In this document: positions 35,843-44,291 of the stretch, in pieces
Position numbering within the stretch: the first letter of the stretch is position 1
Layout of the letters: each line of letters starts with the position of its first letter
Assembly (NCBI GenBank): GCA_944393315.1
Contig: CALXZT010000002.1
Coordinates: 1-53,200, forward strand
Source: an uncultured Clostridia bacterium
GTDB taxonomy: Bacteria; Bacillota; Clostridia; TANB77; CAG-508
Direction of reading: 5' to 3'
Length of the DNA stretch: 53,200 nucleotides
The notes under the pieces: generated by a model
Database searches by the model: none
What the model was told of the DNA's origin: nothing
The model's input: the letters and a program-made list of their open reading frames with translations, nothing else
Program-made: the position numbers and the translations under genes

Positions 35843-38476
35843 TTAGTCCTCAAATTTTTTTAACATTTCTTTGTATTTTTCAAGTTTTTCTTTTTCCTCT
35901 TGAATTTTAGTAGCTGGTGCTTTATTTATAAATCCTGGATTAGAAAGCATTTTTGATGCTCTTTCGATCTCTGCTTCTATCTTTTTCTTTTCTTCTTGTT
36001 TTCTTTGTTTTTCTTTTTCCATATCTATTAAATTTTCTAGAGGTATATATAGCTCAATTCCATCTGTTATAACAGAAACTGCATTTTCCGAAATTCCATT
36101 TTTGTTTTCTTGAATTGAAATGTTTTCTGAAAACCCTAATTTTTTTAAGAATTCTGTTGAACTTTCTATTAAATTTTTATAATGCATTGTGACAAATATT
36201 AGCTCTGCTTTTTTTGAGTTTGGGACATTTAGTTCTGCACGCATATTTCTGATTCCAACTATTATTTCTTTAAGTCTTTCTATATTTTTTTCTGCTTGCA
36301 TAAAATGCTCTGTCTCGCTGTATGAAGGATATTTTGATATCATTATGCTTTCATCATTATTATATAATTGTATATAAATTTGTTCTGTTACAAATGGCAT
36401 AATTGGATGTAAAAGTTTTAAACTATCTCCTAATACTTTGTTTAATGTGTATTGGGCAACTAATCTGGATTTTTTATTTTCTTTGTTATAAAGCCTAACT
36501 TTTACAATTTCTATATACCAATCGCAAAATTCGTTCCATATAAAATCATAAATTTTTTGTGTCGCTACTCCTAATTCATAATTGTCTAAGTTAGTTCTTA
36601 CTTCTTTTACTAAAGTATTTAATTTAGAAATTATCCATTTGTCTTCTTCTTGGAAGTCTTCATTTGAAATTTTTGCATTTTCATCAAAATCTTCTAAGTT
36701 CATTAGTACAAATCTTGCTGCATTCCATAATTTATTTGCAAAGTTTGATGCTTGCTCAAGTTTTTCGGGCATAAATCTTATATCATTTCCAGGTGTTATT
36801 CCAAGTATTAGAGAGAATCTTAATGCATCTGCTCCGTATTTTTCAATTATTTCAAGAGGATCAATTCCATTTCCTAAACTTTTTGACATTTTTCTTCCTT
36901 GGCTGTCTCTTACTATTCCATGAATTAGAATATCACTAAATGGTTTTGTTCCTATGCTTTCTAGGCTAGAGAATATCATCCTTGCTACCCAGAAGAAAAT
37001 AATATCATATCCTGTTACTAGTGTGTTTGTTGGAAAAAATGTTTTAAAGTCTTCTGTGTCTTCTGGCCATCCTAATGTTGAATATGGCCATAATGCTGAG
37101 CTAAACCATGTGTCTAGAGTATCTTCATCTTGTATTAGATTTGTGCTACTACATTTTTCACATTTTTCTGGCTTTTGTTTTGATACTATTATGTTTCCAC
37201 AATCTTTGCAATAATATGCTGGTATTCTATGTCCCCACCATAGTTGCCTTGATATACACCAGTCTTGTATGTTTTCCATCCAGTTGAAATATGTTTTTTC
37301 ATACCTTTTTGGTACAAATTTTATATCGTTCTTTTTTACTGATTCAATTGCTGGTTTTGCAAGTTCTTCCATTTTTACAAACCATTGCTCTGAAATTCTT
37401 GGTTCTATTGTATTATGGCATCTATAACATTTTCCTACATTATGTGTGTAAGTTTCTATTTTTACTAGTGCTCCTATTTCTTCTAGTTTTTTTACTATTT
37501 CTTCTCTTGCTTTGGTAATCTTCATTCCTTGATATTCTGGAACTAAATCGTTCATTATTCCACTTTCATCAAATACTTCTACTATTTCTAAATTGTTTCT
37601 TAACCCTGCTTGATAGTCATTCATATCATGTGCAGGTGTTACTTTTACACATCCTGTTCCAAATTCTTTTTCTACAAATTCATCTGTAATTATTGGAATT
37701 TCTTTATTTATAATTGGCAATATACACTTTTTGCCTACTATGTTTTTGTATCTTTCATCTTCAGGATGTACCGCAACTGCTGTATCTCCTAGCATTGTTT
37801 CTGGTCTTGTAGTTGCAACAATTACGTACTTATCGTCTGTTCCAGCTATTTTGTATCTTATATGCCATAAATGTGAAGTTTCTTCCTCATATTCTACTTC
37901 GATATCTGATATTGTTGAATGACAGTCTGGGCACCAATTAATCATTCTTTTCCCTTTGTATATTAGATCTTTATTATATAATTTTATGAATTGTTCTAAA
38001 ACAGCATTTGAAAGACCTTCATCAAGTGTAAAGCGTTTTCTATCCCAATCACATGAACATCCAAGTTTTCGTTGTTGCTTTTGAATCGTTCCTCCGTATT
38101 TTTTAGTCCATTCCCATGCTCTCTCTAAAAACTTTTCTCTTCCTAGGTCTTGTTTAGTTAGTCCTTCTTCTTTTTTTATTTTTTCTGCAACTTTTACCTC
38201 TGTTGCAATAGATGCATGATCCGTTCCTGGGAGCCAAAGTGTATTATACCCACACATTCTTTTGTATCTGATTAAAATATCTTGCATTGTTCCATCTAGT
38301 GCATGACCCATATGCAATTTTCCAGTTACATTTGGTGGTGGCATAACTATACAGTATGGCTTTTTTGTTTTATCCATACTTGGTTTAAAATATTCCTTTC
38401 TTTCCCAGTTTTGATATAAACTATCTTCAAATTCTTTTGGATTATATTTTTCCGATAATTTGTGCTCTCTTTGCAT
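35843..38476 (-). CDS. valS: Valine--tRNA ligase
   Basis: 877 aa. Class I HIGH motif (PNVTGKLHMGHAL), KMSKS (RKMSKSLGN), the CP1 editing region and a C-terminal coiled coil. Confidence 0.97.
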   Translation of the reverse strand: MQREHKLSEKYNPKEFEDSLYQNWERKEYFKPSMDKTKKPYCIVMPPPNVTGKLHMGHALDGTMQDILIRYKRMCGYNTLWLPGTDHASIATEVKVAEKIKKEEGLTKQDLGREKFLERAWEWTKKYGGTIQKQQRKLGCSCDWDRKRFTLDEGLSNAVLEQFIKLYNKDLIYKGKRMINWCPDCHSTISDIEVEYEEETSHLWHIRYKIAGTDDKYVIVATTRPETMLGDTAVAVHPEDERYKNIVGKKCILPIINKEIPIITDEFVEKEFGTGCVKVTPAHDMNDYQAGLRNNLEIVEVFDESGIMNDLVPEYQGMKITKAREEIVKKLEEIGALVKIETYTHNVGKCYRCHNTIEPRISEQWFVKMEELAKPAIESVKKNDIKFVPKRYEKTYFNWMENIQDWCISRQLWWGHRIPAYYCKDCGNIIVSKQKPEKCEKCSSTNLIQDEDTLDTWFSSALWPYSTLGWPEDTEDFKTFFPTNTLVTGYDIIFFWVARMIFSSLESIGTKPFSDILIHGIVRDSQGRKMSKSLGNGIDPLEIIEKYGADALRFSLILGITPGNDIRFMPEKLEQASNFANKLWNAARFVLMNLEDFDENAKISNEDFQEEDKWIISKLNTLVKEVRTNLDNYELGVATQKIYDFIWNEFCDWYIEIVKVRLYNKENKKSRLVAQYTLNKVLGDSLKLLHPIMPFVTEQIYIQLYNNDESIMISKYPSYSETEHFMQAEKNIERLKEIIVGIRNMRAELNVPNSKKAELIFVTMHYKNLIESSTEFLKKLGFSENISIQENKNGISENAVSVITDGIELYIPLENLIDMEKEKQRKQEEKKKIEAEIERASKMLSNPGFINKAPATKIQEEKEKLEKYKEMLKKFED

Positions 38477-38508
38477 AACGTAATTGCTCTCCTTTAATGT
38501 TTATATTT

Positions 38509-39174
38509 TTAGGCTTCAGCATAATCTGATGGTATTTCAAATACATTATCTTCTACTTCATATTCGACTTTTACTGTTTGTAATTCTTCTACCTGTGTTC
38601 TTTCTCCTGTTTCTTCATCTACTACATCATATATTGTTTTTAGATATACTAATTCATTTCCTTTAAAATAAAATCTAGTTTTAATTGAATTAATATCTAG
38701 GTCTCTTGGAGAAGAAATTAGAAAATCTGAAACTCCATTGTATTCTTCGTATTTATATGTTTTTCCATATATTTTTTCTTTTCCTTCTGTATATTCTGAA
38801 TCTATTATGTTTTTTAGATTAGTTGTTAATATTTCTTCATCTAAATTGTTGTTTGGATACACAAAGTACTCTTTGTTTTTATGCCAGATTAAATATGTGT
38901 CTCCTTCTATGACTAATGTTGATGAATGCTCTCCTGAATTATACATGTCTATCAGTGTTTTATCTTTTTTTCTATAGGTGATAAGCTTGTTTTTCTCTTC
39001 AAAATCGTATCTTGTAAATACATATGTTTGATTGGCAATCATTTTTTCATACACTTTACTTAATTTTGATGTTTTCTCTTGTGTTCCTTTATTAAATATT
39101 GTTACTATAATTATTGCTATCACTATTATTGCAATTATTATTGGTATAATTGGGATTGATATTTTTTTATTCAT
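38509..39174 (-). CDS. Hypothetical membrane-anchored protein (single N-terminal TM helix, beta-rich ectodomain)
   Basis: The ATG at 39174 (MNKKISIPIIPIIIAIIVIAIIIV...) has a TAGGAGGA SD. The gene ends 32 nt before valS and is probably co-transcribed with it. No family recognised. Confidence 0.6.
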   Translation of the reverse strand: MNKKISIPIIPIIIAIIVIAIIIVTIFNKGTQEKTSKLSKVYEKMIANQTYVFTRYDFEEKNKLITYRKKDKTLIDMYNSGEHSSTLVIEGDTYLIWHKNKEYFVYPNNNLDEEILTTNLKNIIDSEYTEGKEKIYGKTYKYEEYNGVSDFLISSPRDLDINSIKTRFYFKGNELVYLKTIYDVVDEETGERTQVEELQTVKVEYEVEDNVFEIPSDYAEA

Positions 39175-39350
39175 TTGTATTCCTCCTATCTCTATAAATG
39201 CTTTTAAGATATTAAATATTATACTCAATTTTTATCAAAAAATCAATATTTTTAGATTTTATTGTAGTAATATTTATTTGTATTTTTTATTATCTCTAGT
39301 ACATTTTATATAATTTTATTTACTTATTGTCAACTATTAAAAATAATTTA

Positions 39351-39391
39351 TTTTTTTTTTTATTTTTTATTTAATTTATTTTTTTTTTTTT
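39351..39391. repeat. Two long poly-T tracts (T11 and T13) in the divergent promoter region
   Basis: T11 at 39351..39361 and T13 at 39379..39391, plus T7 at 39396..39402, 35-85 nt upstream of the DUF4912 gene ATG. Confidence 0.9.
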
Positions 39392-39436
39392 ATAATTTTT
39401 TTATAAATTATTACTTGATTTTCTCAGGAGGTAAAA

Positions 39437-40585
39437 ATGCCAAGAAAAACAAAAGAAATAAATGAAGAAAAAAATGTAAAAAAGCAATCAAAACTAAATG
39501 AAAAAATAAGCGCTTTAATTCAAAATGTCTTAGAACCTATTGAAAAAGTGGTTGATGCTGAAAAACCTTCAAAAAAATCTAAAACCAAATCAGCTTCTAC
39601 TTCTAGTACTAAGTCTACAAAAACCACTAAAAAAGCGACAAAAAAAGTTTTAGAATCTGAAGAAAAAGCAGAAGAAAAAATATCTAAAAAAACCGTTACA
39701 AAAAATCCTGAAAAAGAGAAATCAACAACTGGGAAGAATAAAAAAGAAAAAGCCACTACCAAAAAGGTAACAAAAGGTAAAGAAAAAGCCAACAAAGAAG
39801 ATAAAGATGAAAAAGCTACTATAAAGAAAGCTTCAAAGGTCACTAAATCCACAAATACAAAAACCACCAAGTCTAAAACAACTTCTAAATCAGAGTCAAC
39901 TCGTACATCTACTGCAAAATCTAAAACAAATTCTACTGAAGTAGCTGCCCCTACAATTGTTGAATACTATGATTTGCCTTATAAGTACAATCAGACTGTT
40001 GTAAAAGTACTTTATCAAAATCCTACAACTCTTTTTGTATATTGGGAAATTTCAGATAGCGATATTGAAAACTATAAACGAACATATGGAGAAAATTTCT
40101 TTGAAACTACAAGACCTGTATTAGTTGTATATAATGATACTATGAACTATCATTTTGAAGTTGATATAAATGATTTTGCAAACAGTTGGTATTTTAATAT
40201 ACATGATAGCAAGTGTGATTACAGAGTTGAACTTATTCGTAGACCTGTTTTTTATAATGAAAAAATAAAATCAGATTATGTATATATATCTTCTTCAAAT
40301 AAAATAGAATCACCTAATGATAGAATTTTATTTTCCACTGATGAGCCTTATACTGTTTACTTCAGAAACACTAAAAACAACCATCAAAGAAAAATAAACT
40401 TGCCAAAACTTTTAGAACAATTGAATTTAAAAAGCAAAGAGTTTGGATTTCCAATTGTTAGAAATGTCTATGATTTATATAAATATGTTTACCAAATTGA
40501 AGACACTGGAGAATTTAGTGTATCATTTACAAATCCTTCTTCTGGTAATCCTTCATCTCATAGCCTTTCATCAAGGTTTATTTAG
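39437..40585 (+). CDS. DUF4912 domain protein with a ~170-aa Lys/Thr/Ser-rich N-terminal tail
   Basis: The C-terminal half (YDLPYKYNQTVVKVLYQNPTTLFVYWEISDSDIENY...) fits the DUF4912 pattern that normally precedes GH57/DUF1957 genes. The N-terminal half is low-complexity KKxTK repeats. SD AGGAGG. Confidence 0.7.
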   Translation: MPRKTKEINEEKNVKKQSKLNEKISALIQNVLEPIEKVVDAEKPSKKSKTKSASTSSTKSTKTTKKATKKVLESEEKAEEKISKKTVTKNPEKEKSTTGKNKKEKATTKKVTKGKEKANKEDKDEKATIKKASKVTKSTNTKTTKSKTTSKSESTRTSTAKSKTNSTEVAAPTIVEYYDLPYKYNQTVVKVLYQNPTTLFVYWEISDSDIENYKRTYGENFFETTRPVLVVYNDTMNYHFEVDINDFANSWYFNIHDSKCDYRVELIRRPVFYNEKIKSDYVYISSSNKIESPNDRILFSTDEPYTVYFRNTKNNHQRKINLPKLLEQLNLKSKEFGFPIVRNVYDLYKYVYQIEDTGEFSVSFTNPSSGNPSSHSLSSRFI

Positions 40586-40617
40586 CAAGTGTCGAAATCA
40601 TAAAAAGGAGAATTAAA

Positions 40618-42204
40618 ATGCAACAAAAAAAAGGATATGTAAGTTTTGTATTACATGCACATCTTCCATTTATTCATCATCCAGAAAGTGATGATTATTT
40701 AGAGGAATCTTGGTTATATGAAGCTATTTCAGAAACATATATACCATTACTTACAAATTTTCAAAAATTAGTAGATGAAGGTGTGGGGTTTAGAATAACA
40801 ATGTCTATGACCCCTCCTTTACTTTCTATGTTAGATAACAAATTATTACAAAAAAAATATATTCATTATTTAGAGCAATTAATTGAATTGTCAGAAAAAG
40901 AGCTTGTGAGAACTGCTAGTGATGCAAGGCTTAATGAGCTTTCAAAATATTATTATGACAGATATTCAAATGATTTACATTTATTTAGAGATGTTTATAA
41001 ATGTAATCTTATTGAACAGTTCAAACATTTTCAGGACTTAGGGGTACTAGAAATAATAACTTGTGGAGCAACACATGGTTATTTTCCAATCCTATATGTA
41101 AATGAAAAAACCATTAGAGCTCAAATTGCAGTTGGAGTTCAAACTTATGAAAGGTATTTTGGTCGAAAACCTCGAGGAATATGGCTTCCTGAATGTGGCT
41201 ATGTTCCAGAAGCCGACAAATATCTTAAGGAATTTGGAATTGACTATATTATTACTGAATCACATGGTATTTTATATGCAAACCCTACTCCAATTTATGG
41301 AACAGTAGCACCAATTGTTTCTCCTGAAGGAGTTATTGCTTTTGGTCGTGATATGGAATCATCAAGGCAGGTTTGGAGTTCAATAAATGGTTACCCTGGT
41401 GATTTTAATTATCGTGAGTGGTACCGTGATATTGGATATGATGTAGATTATGATTATATAAAACCTTATATTGCACATAATGGTGTAAGAGTTCCTACAG
41501 GAATTAAATATTATCGTATAACTGGTAAAACTGAATTTAAGGATTATTATAATCTTCAATGGGCTAAAGATTCTGCTGAGAAACATGCAGGACATTTCTT
41601 GGATTCAAGAACTGCACAGATTAATGGTTTAGCTCCATATACAAATAATCCTCCTATTGTTCTTTGTCCTTATGATGCAGAACTTTATGGTCATTGGTGG
41701 TATGAAGGACCATATTGGTTATATATTTTATTTAAAAAAATTTATTATGATGATTGTAATTTTGAGCTAATTACTCCATCTGAGTATATTGATAAATATC
41801 CTGACATGCAGGTTTGTTCTCCTTGTCGTTCAAGTTGGGGAGCAAATGGATATAGCGAAGTTTGGCTTAATCAATCTAATGACTATGCTCACAAACATCT
41901 TCATGTTGCTGGTGATAGAATGGTTGAACTTGCAAATTTATATCCAATGGCTGAAGGAATTAAAAAAGAAGCACTAAATCAATGTGCTCGTGAACTCTTA
42001 TTAGCTCAAAGTAGTGACTGGCTATTTATCATTACAAATGGTACTATGGTTGATTATGCTAAAAAGCGTATTAAAGATCATATTGGTAGATTTACTAAAC
42101 TGTATAATCAAATCAAAGAGGATAATATTGATTTAGCATTTTTAAAAGATATCGAGGAAAAGGATTGCGTTTTCCCTGATATTGATTATCGAATATATAT
42201 ATAA
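40618..42204 (+). CDS. Glycoside hydrolase family 57 alpha-glucan branching-enzyme-like protein (GH57 + DUF1957)
   Basis: GYVSFVLHAHLPFIHHPE, GVLEIITCGATHGYFPIL, WLPECGY and CPYDAELYGHWWYEG are typical of GH57 GlgB-type enzymes. SD AAGGAG. Confidence 0.85.
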   Translation: MQQKKGYVSFVLHAHLPFIHHPESDDYLEESWLYEAISETYIPLLTNFQKLVDEGVGFRITMSMTPPLLSMLDNKLLQKKYIHYLEQLIELSEKELVRTASDARLNELSKYYYDRYSNDLHLFRDVYKCNLIEQFKHFQDLGVLEIITCGATHGYFPILYVNEKTIRAQIAVGVQTYERYFGRKPRGIWLPECGYVPEADKYLKEFGIDYIITESHGILYANPTPIYGTVAPIVSPEGVIAFGRDMESSRQVWSSINGYPGDFNYREWYRDIGYDVDYDYIKPYIAHNGVRVPTGIKYYRITGKTEFKDYYNLQWAKDSAEKHAGHFLDSRTAQINGLAPYTNNPPIVLCPYDAELYGHWWYEGPYWLYILFKKIYYDDCNFELITPSEYIDKYPDMQVCSPCRSSWGANGYSEVWLNQSNDYAHKHLHVAGDRMVELANLYPMAEGIKKEALNQCARELLLAQSSDWLFIITNGTMVDYAKKRIKDHIGRFTKLYNQIKEDNIDLAFLKDIEEKDCVFPDIDYRIYI

Positions 42205-42205
42205 C

Positions 42206-42226
42206 AAAAGAGGCTTGCCCTCTTTT
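42206..42226 (+). terminator. Terminator of the DUF4912-GH57 operon
   Basis: AAAAGAGGC / GCCCTCTTTT stem immediately after the stop codon, followed by a T-rich run to 42233. Confidence 0.65.
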
Positions 42227-42232
42227 CTTTTT

Positions 42233-42259
42233 TGGAAATAGGTATGGTTCTCTTTTCCA
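42233..42259 (+). other. Degenerate GGAAAAG-family hairpin (copy 5)
   Basis: TGGAAA...TTTCCA pairs over only 6 bp, but the right arm plus tail (CTCTTTTCCACTTTTTATTAATTTA) resembles copies 1 and 3 (TCTTTTCCAATTTTT). Confidence 0.25.
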
Positions 42260-42378
42260 CTTTTTATTAATTTATTGTGTACAACTTTCTAATTTTATCT
42301 TTTCGAATATTATAACTATATCTGATGAATAAAGACTTAAAATTTAGTAGATAATAGTTTCGAAAGGAGTACTTTTAC

Positions 42379-43185
42379 ATGAGATCTTTGTGCATAAAAA
42401 CAAATAATACAAAAAACATTGATTATCTATTAAATTCATTAGAGATTTTAGATATAAAAGATACTTATTATTCATGTAAGTCTTTCAAACATTATTCAAA
42501 CATTATAATACATTATCTAGGGAATGATTTAGATTATTTTTATTCGACTATTTCAGATTTGCTTACTTGTCTAACATTCGATAGCTTAGAATATGATTTT
42601 TTAAGAAAAATTGCATTACAAAACTATTTTTATTTTGATTCAATTGAAATTAATCAAGTTCTTGATATTTGTGAAGAAGTATTATGTGACTCAGATGAAT
42701 TTTCATTTGAAAACAGGTATAGCCTTTTGTTTGATAATTTTTATAATCATATTTCTACTAATAAGAAATTATATTTAAATGGCTTTTTATTTTTTCAAAA
42801 TAAGAAATATTTTAAATATTTAGAAAATACTGTAGATATTGCTGTAAATAAATTTATAATTGAACGTGAATATTTAGAATTTATTTCTCTTTTAAGAATA
42901 TATATAAATTCTCATTCCTCAGGTATTAATCTAGTAAGTTTATATTATAACTCTTCTAAACCAGCATTATTTGATGAAAACAATAATGTAATTGACATTA
43001 ATGACGATTTATTTGACATGAAATATATGTCAGATATTTCTTTTTCTTCAAATGATTATATTTTAAATGCTTTATTGACACTTATCCCTAAGAAAATTAT
43101 TGTACATCTTGCTGATAGCTCTATAGATGAATTTATAAATACTCTTTCTCTTATTTTTGAAAATAGAATTACTATATGTAAGTAA
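42379..43185 (+). CDS. Putative sporulation protein YtxC-like
   Basis: 268 aa, Cys-containing, no TM helix. The size and the central IIEREYLEFISLLRIYI segment resemble the YtxC-like family. Assigned from memory of the family only. Confidence 0.4.
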   Translation: MRSLCIKTNNTKNIDYLLNSLEILDIKDTYYSCKSFKHYSNIIIHYLGNDLDYFYSTISDLLTCLTFDSLEYDFLRKIALQNYFYFDSIEINQVLDICEEVLCDSDEFSFENRYSLLFDNFYNHISTNKKLYLNGFLFFQNKKYFKYLENTVDIAVNKFIIEREYLEFISLLRIYINSHSSGINLVSLYYNSSKPALFDENNNVIDINDDLFDMKYMSDISFSSNDYILNALLTLIPKKIIVHLADSSIDEFINTLSLIFENRITICK

Positions 43186-43195
43186 ATAAGAAAAG

Positions 43196-43240
43196 CGGAA
43201 AATGGGAGCAATTTAATTTTTTAAAACATCCCTTTTCCAC
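43196..43240. other. GGAAAAG-family hairpin (copy 6) between the ytxC-like gene and gpr
   Basis: CGGAAAA(T)GGGA / TCCCTTTTCCAC arms with a 21-nt loop. Lies between convergent genes and probably acts as a terminator. Confidence 0.45.
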
Positions 43241-43251
43241 TTTAATCAAAT

Positions 43252-44229
43252 TTATACCGCAAAGTTTATTCCTCTTGCAACTATATCTTTCATATTTTCG
43301 ATTAAATCATCAATTTCTTTTGGTGTAACTATCATATTATAATCTCCCACATTTAGTGCTTCTTTCACTTCCTCGTAATTATCTTCTTCTCTTAATTTAT
43401 TTAAATTATCATTTGATTTTGCATCTTCTTGTAATTTACCAATAAAAATATCGATTCCATCTGATACTATAGTAGCTAAATCTACAACTGTTGGAATTCC
43501 AATAGCAATTACAGGAATTCCTAAAGTTTCTTGGCTGATTTCTTTTCTAGTATTTCCAACACCTGCACCAGGAACTATTCCTGTATCTGAAATTTGAATT
43601 GTACTACTGATTCTATCAATGCTTCTTGAAGCTAAAGCATCTATTACAATTACTAATTTAGGTTTCGTATTATCCACTATTCCCTTTAATATTTCCATTG
43701 TTTCAATTCCGGTAGTTCCCAGTACACCAGGTGCTACTGCACATACTGGCCTTGTTCCTTCTTCTACATATTGTGGCAGATAGTTTATTAAATGTCTTGT
43801 AACATCTATTTCATTTATTACTTTAGGTCCTAAGGAATCTGGTGTTACATATACATTTCCAAGTCCTACTACTAGTATTTCCTCTTGTTTTTGTACATGT
43901 TTATCTATTAGACTTTTAAGCTCTGATGTTACTACTTCAGATGCTTTTTGTATTTCCTCTTCAGTGGCAATTTTTAGTTTTTTTACATCTATTGTTATAT
44001 AATTTCCAATAGGTTTTCCTATTGCTTGCTCTCCGTTCTTATTTGTTATTTGTACTCTTTCAACTTTTATATTTTCACTTATTTCTTCTTTAGTAGTCTG
44101 AATTCCTTCAATCTCTTCTAATTTGTTTGCTCTTTGATAAATATCTCTTCTTTCAGAAGCTAAGTCTGTTCTGAAATTAAACGGCTGCTTTTGATTTTTC
44201 TCCATATCTATTTTTACATTTTCTAACAT
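43252..44229 (-). CDS. gpr: Germination protease GPR (spore SASP endopeptidase)
   Basis: FRTDLASE, VVGLGNVYVTPDSLGPKV, VIDALASRSIDRISSTIQISDTGIVPGAGVGNTRKEISQETLGIPVIAIGIPTVVD and MIVTPKEIDDLIE closely parallel Bacillus GPR. Confidence 0.93.
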   Translation of the reverse strand: MLENVKIDMEKNQKQPFNFRTDLASERRDIYQRANKLEEIEGIQTTKEEISENIKVERVQITNKNGEQAIGKPIGNYITIDVKKLKIATEEEIQKASEVVTSELKSLIDKHVQKQEEILVVGLGNVYVTPDSLGPKVINEIDVTRHLINYLPQYVEEGTRPVCAVAPGVLGTTGIETMEILKGIVDNTKPKLVIVIDALASRSIDRISSTIQISDTGIVPGAGVGNTRKEISQETLGIPVIAIGIPTVVDLATIVSDGIDIFIGKLQEDAKSNDNLNKLREEDNYEEVKEALNVGDYNMIVTPKEIDDLIENMKDIVARGINFAV

Positions 44230-44232
44230 ATA

Positions 44233-44282
44233 AAAACCTCACTTTCTTATTTTATTGTGAGGTTTTAATTTGATTTTTATTC
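44233..44282 (-). promoter_or_regulatory. Candidate forespore (sigma-F/G-type) promoter nested in a terminator-like hairpin upstream of gpr
   Basis: Minus strand: GAATA (44282..44278), an 18-nt spacer, then CACAATA (44259..44253). The hairpin AAAACCTCAC (44266..44257) / GTGAGGTTTT (44242..44233) has a 3' arm that contains the gpr SD. Confidence 0.35.
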
Positions 44283-44291
44283 AATTATTTT

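Noticed and set aside
39520-39870. 116-aa minus-strand ORF, and the analogous 173-aa plus-strand ORF at 49176..49697
   Set aside because: Both are antisense reflections of the AAA/AAG-rich Lys-tail coding regions, giving Phe-rich translations. Neither has an SD.
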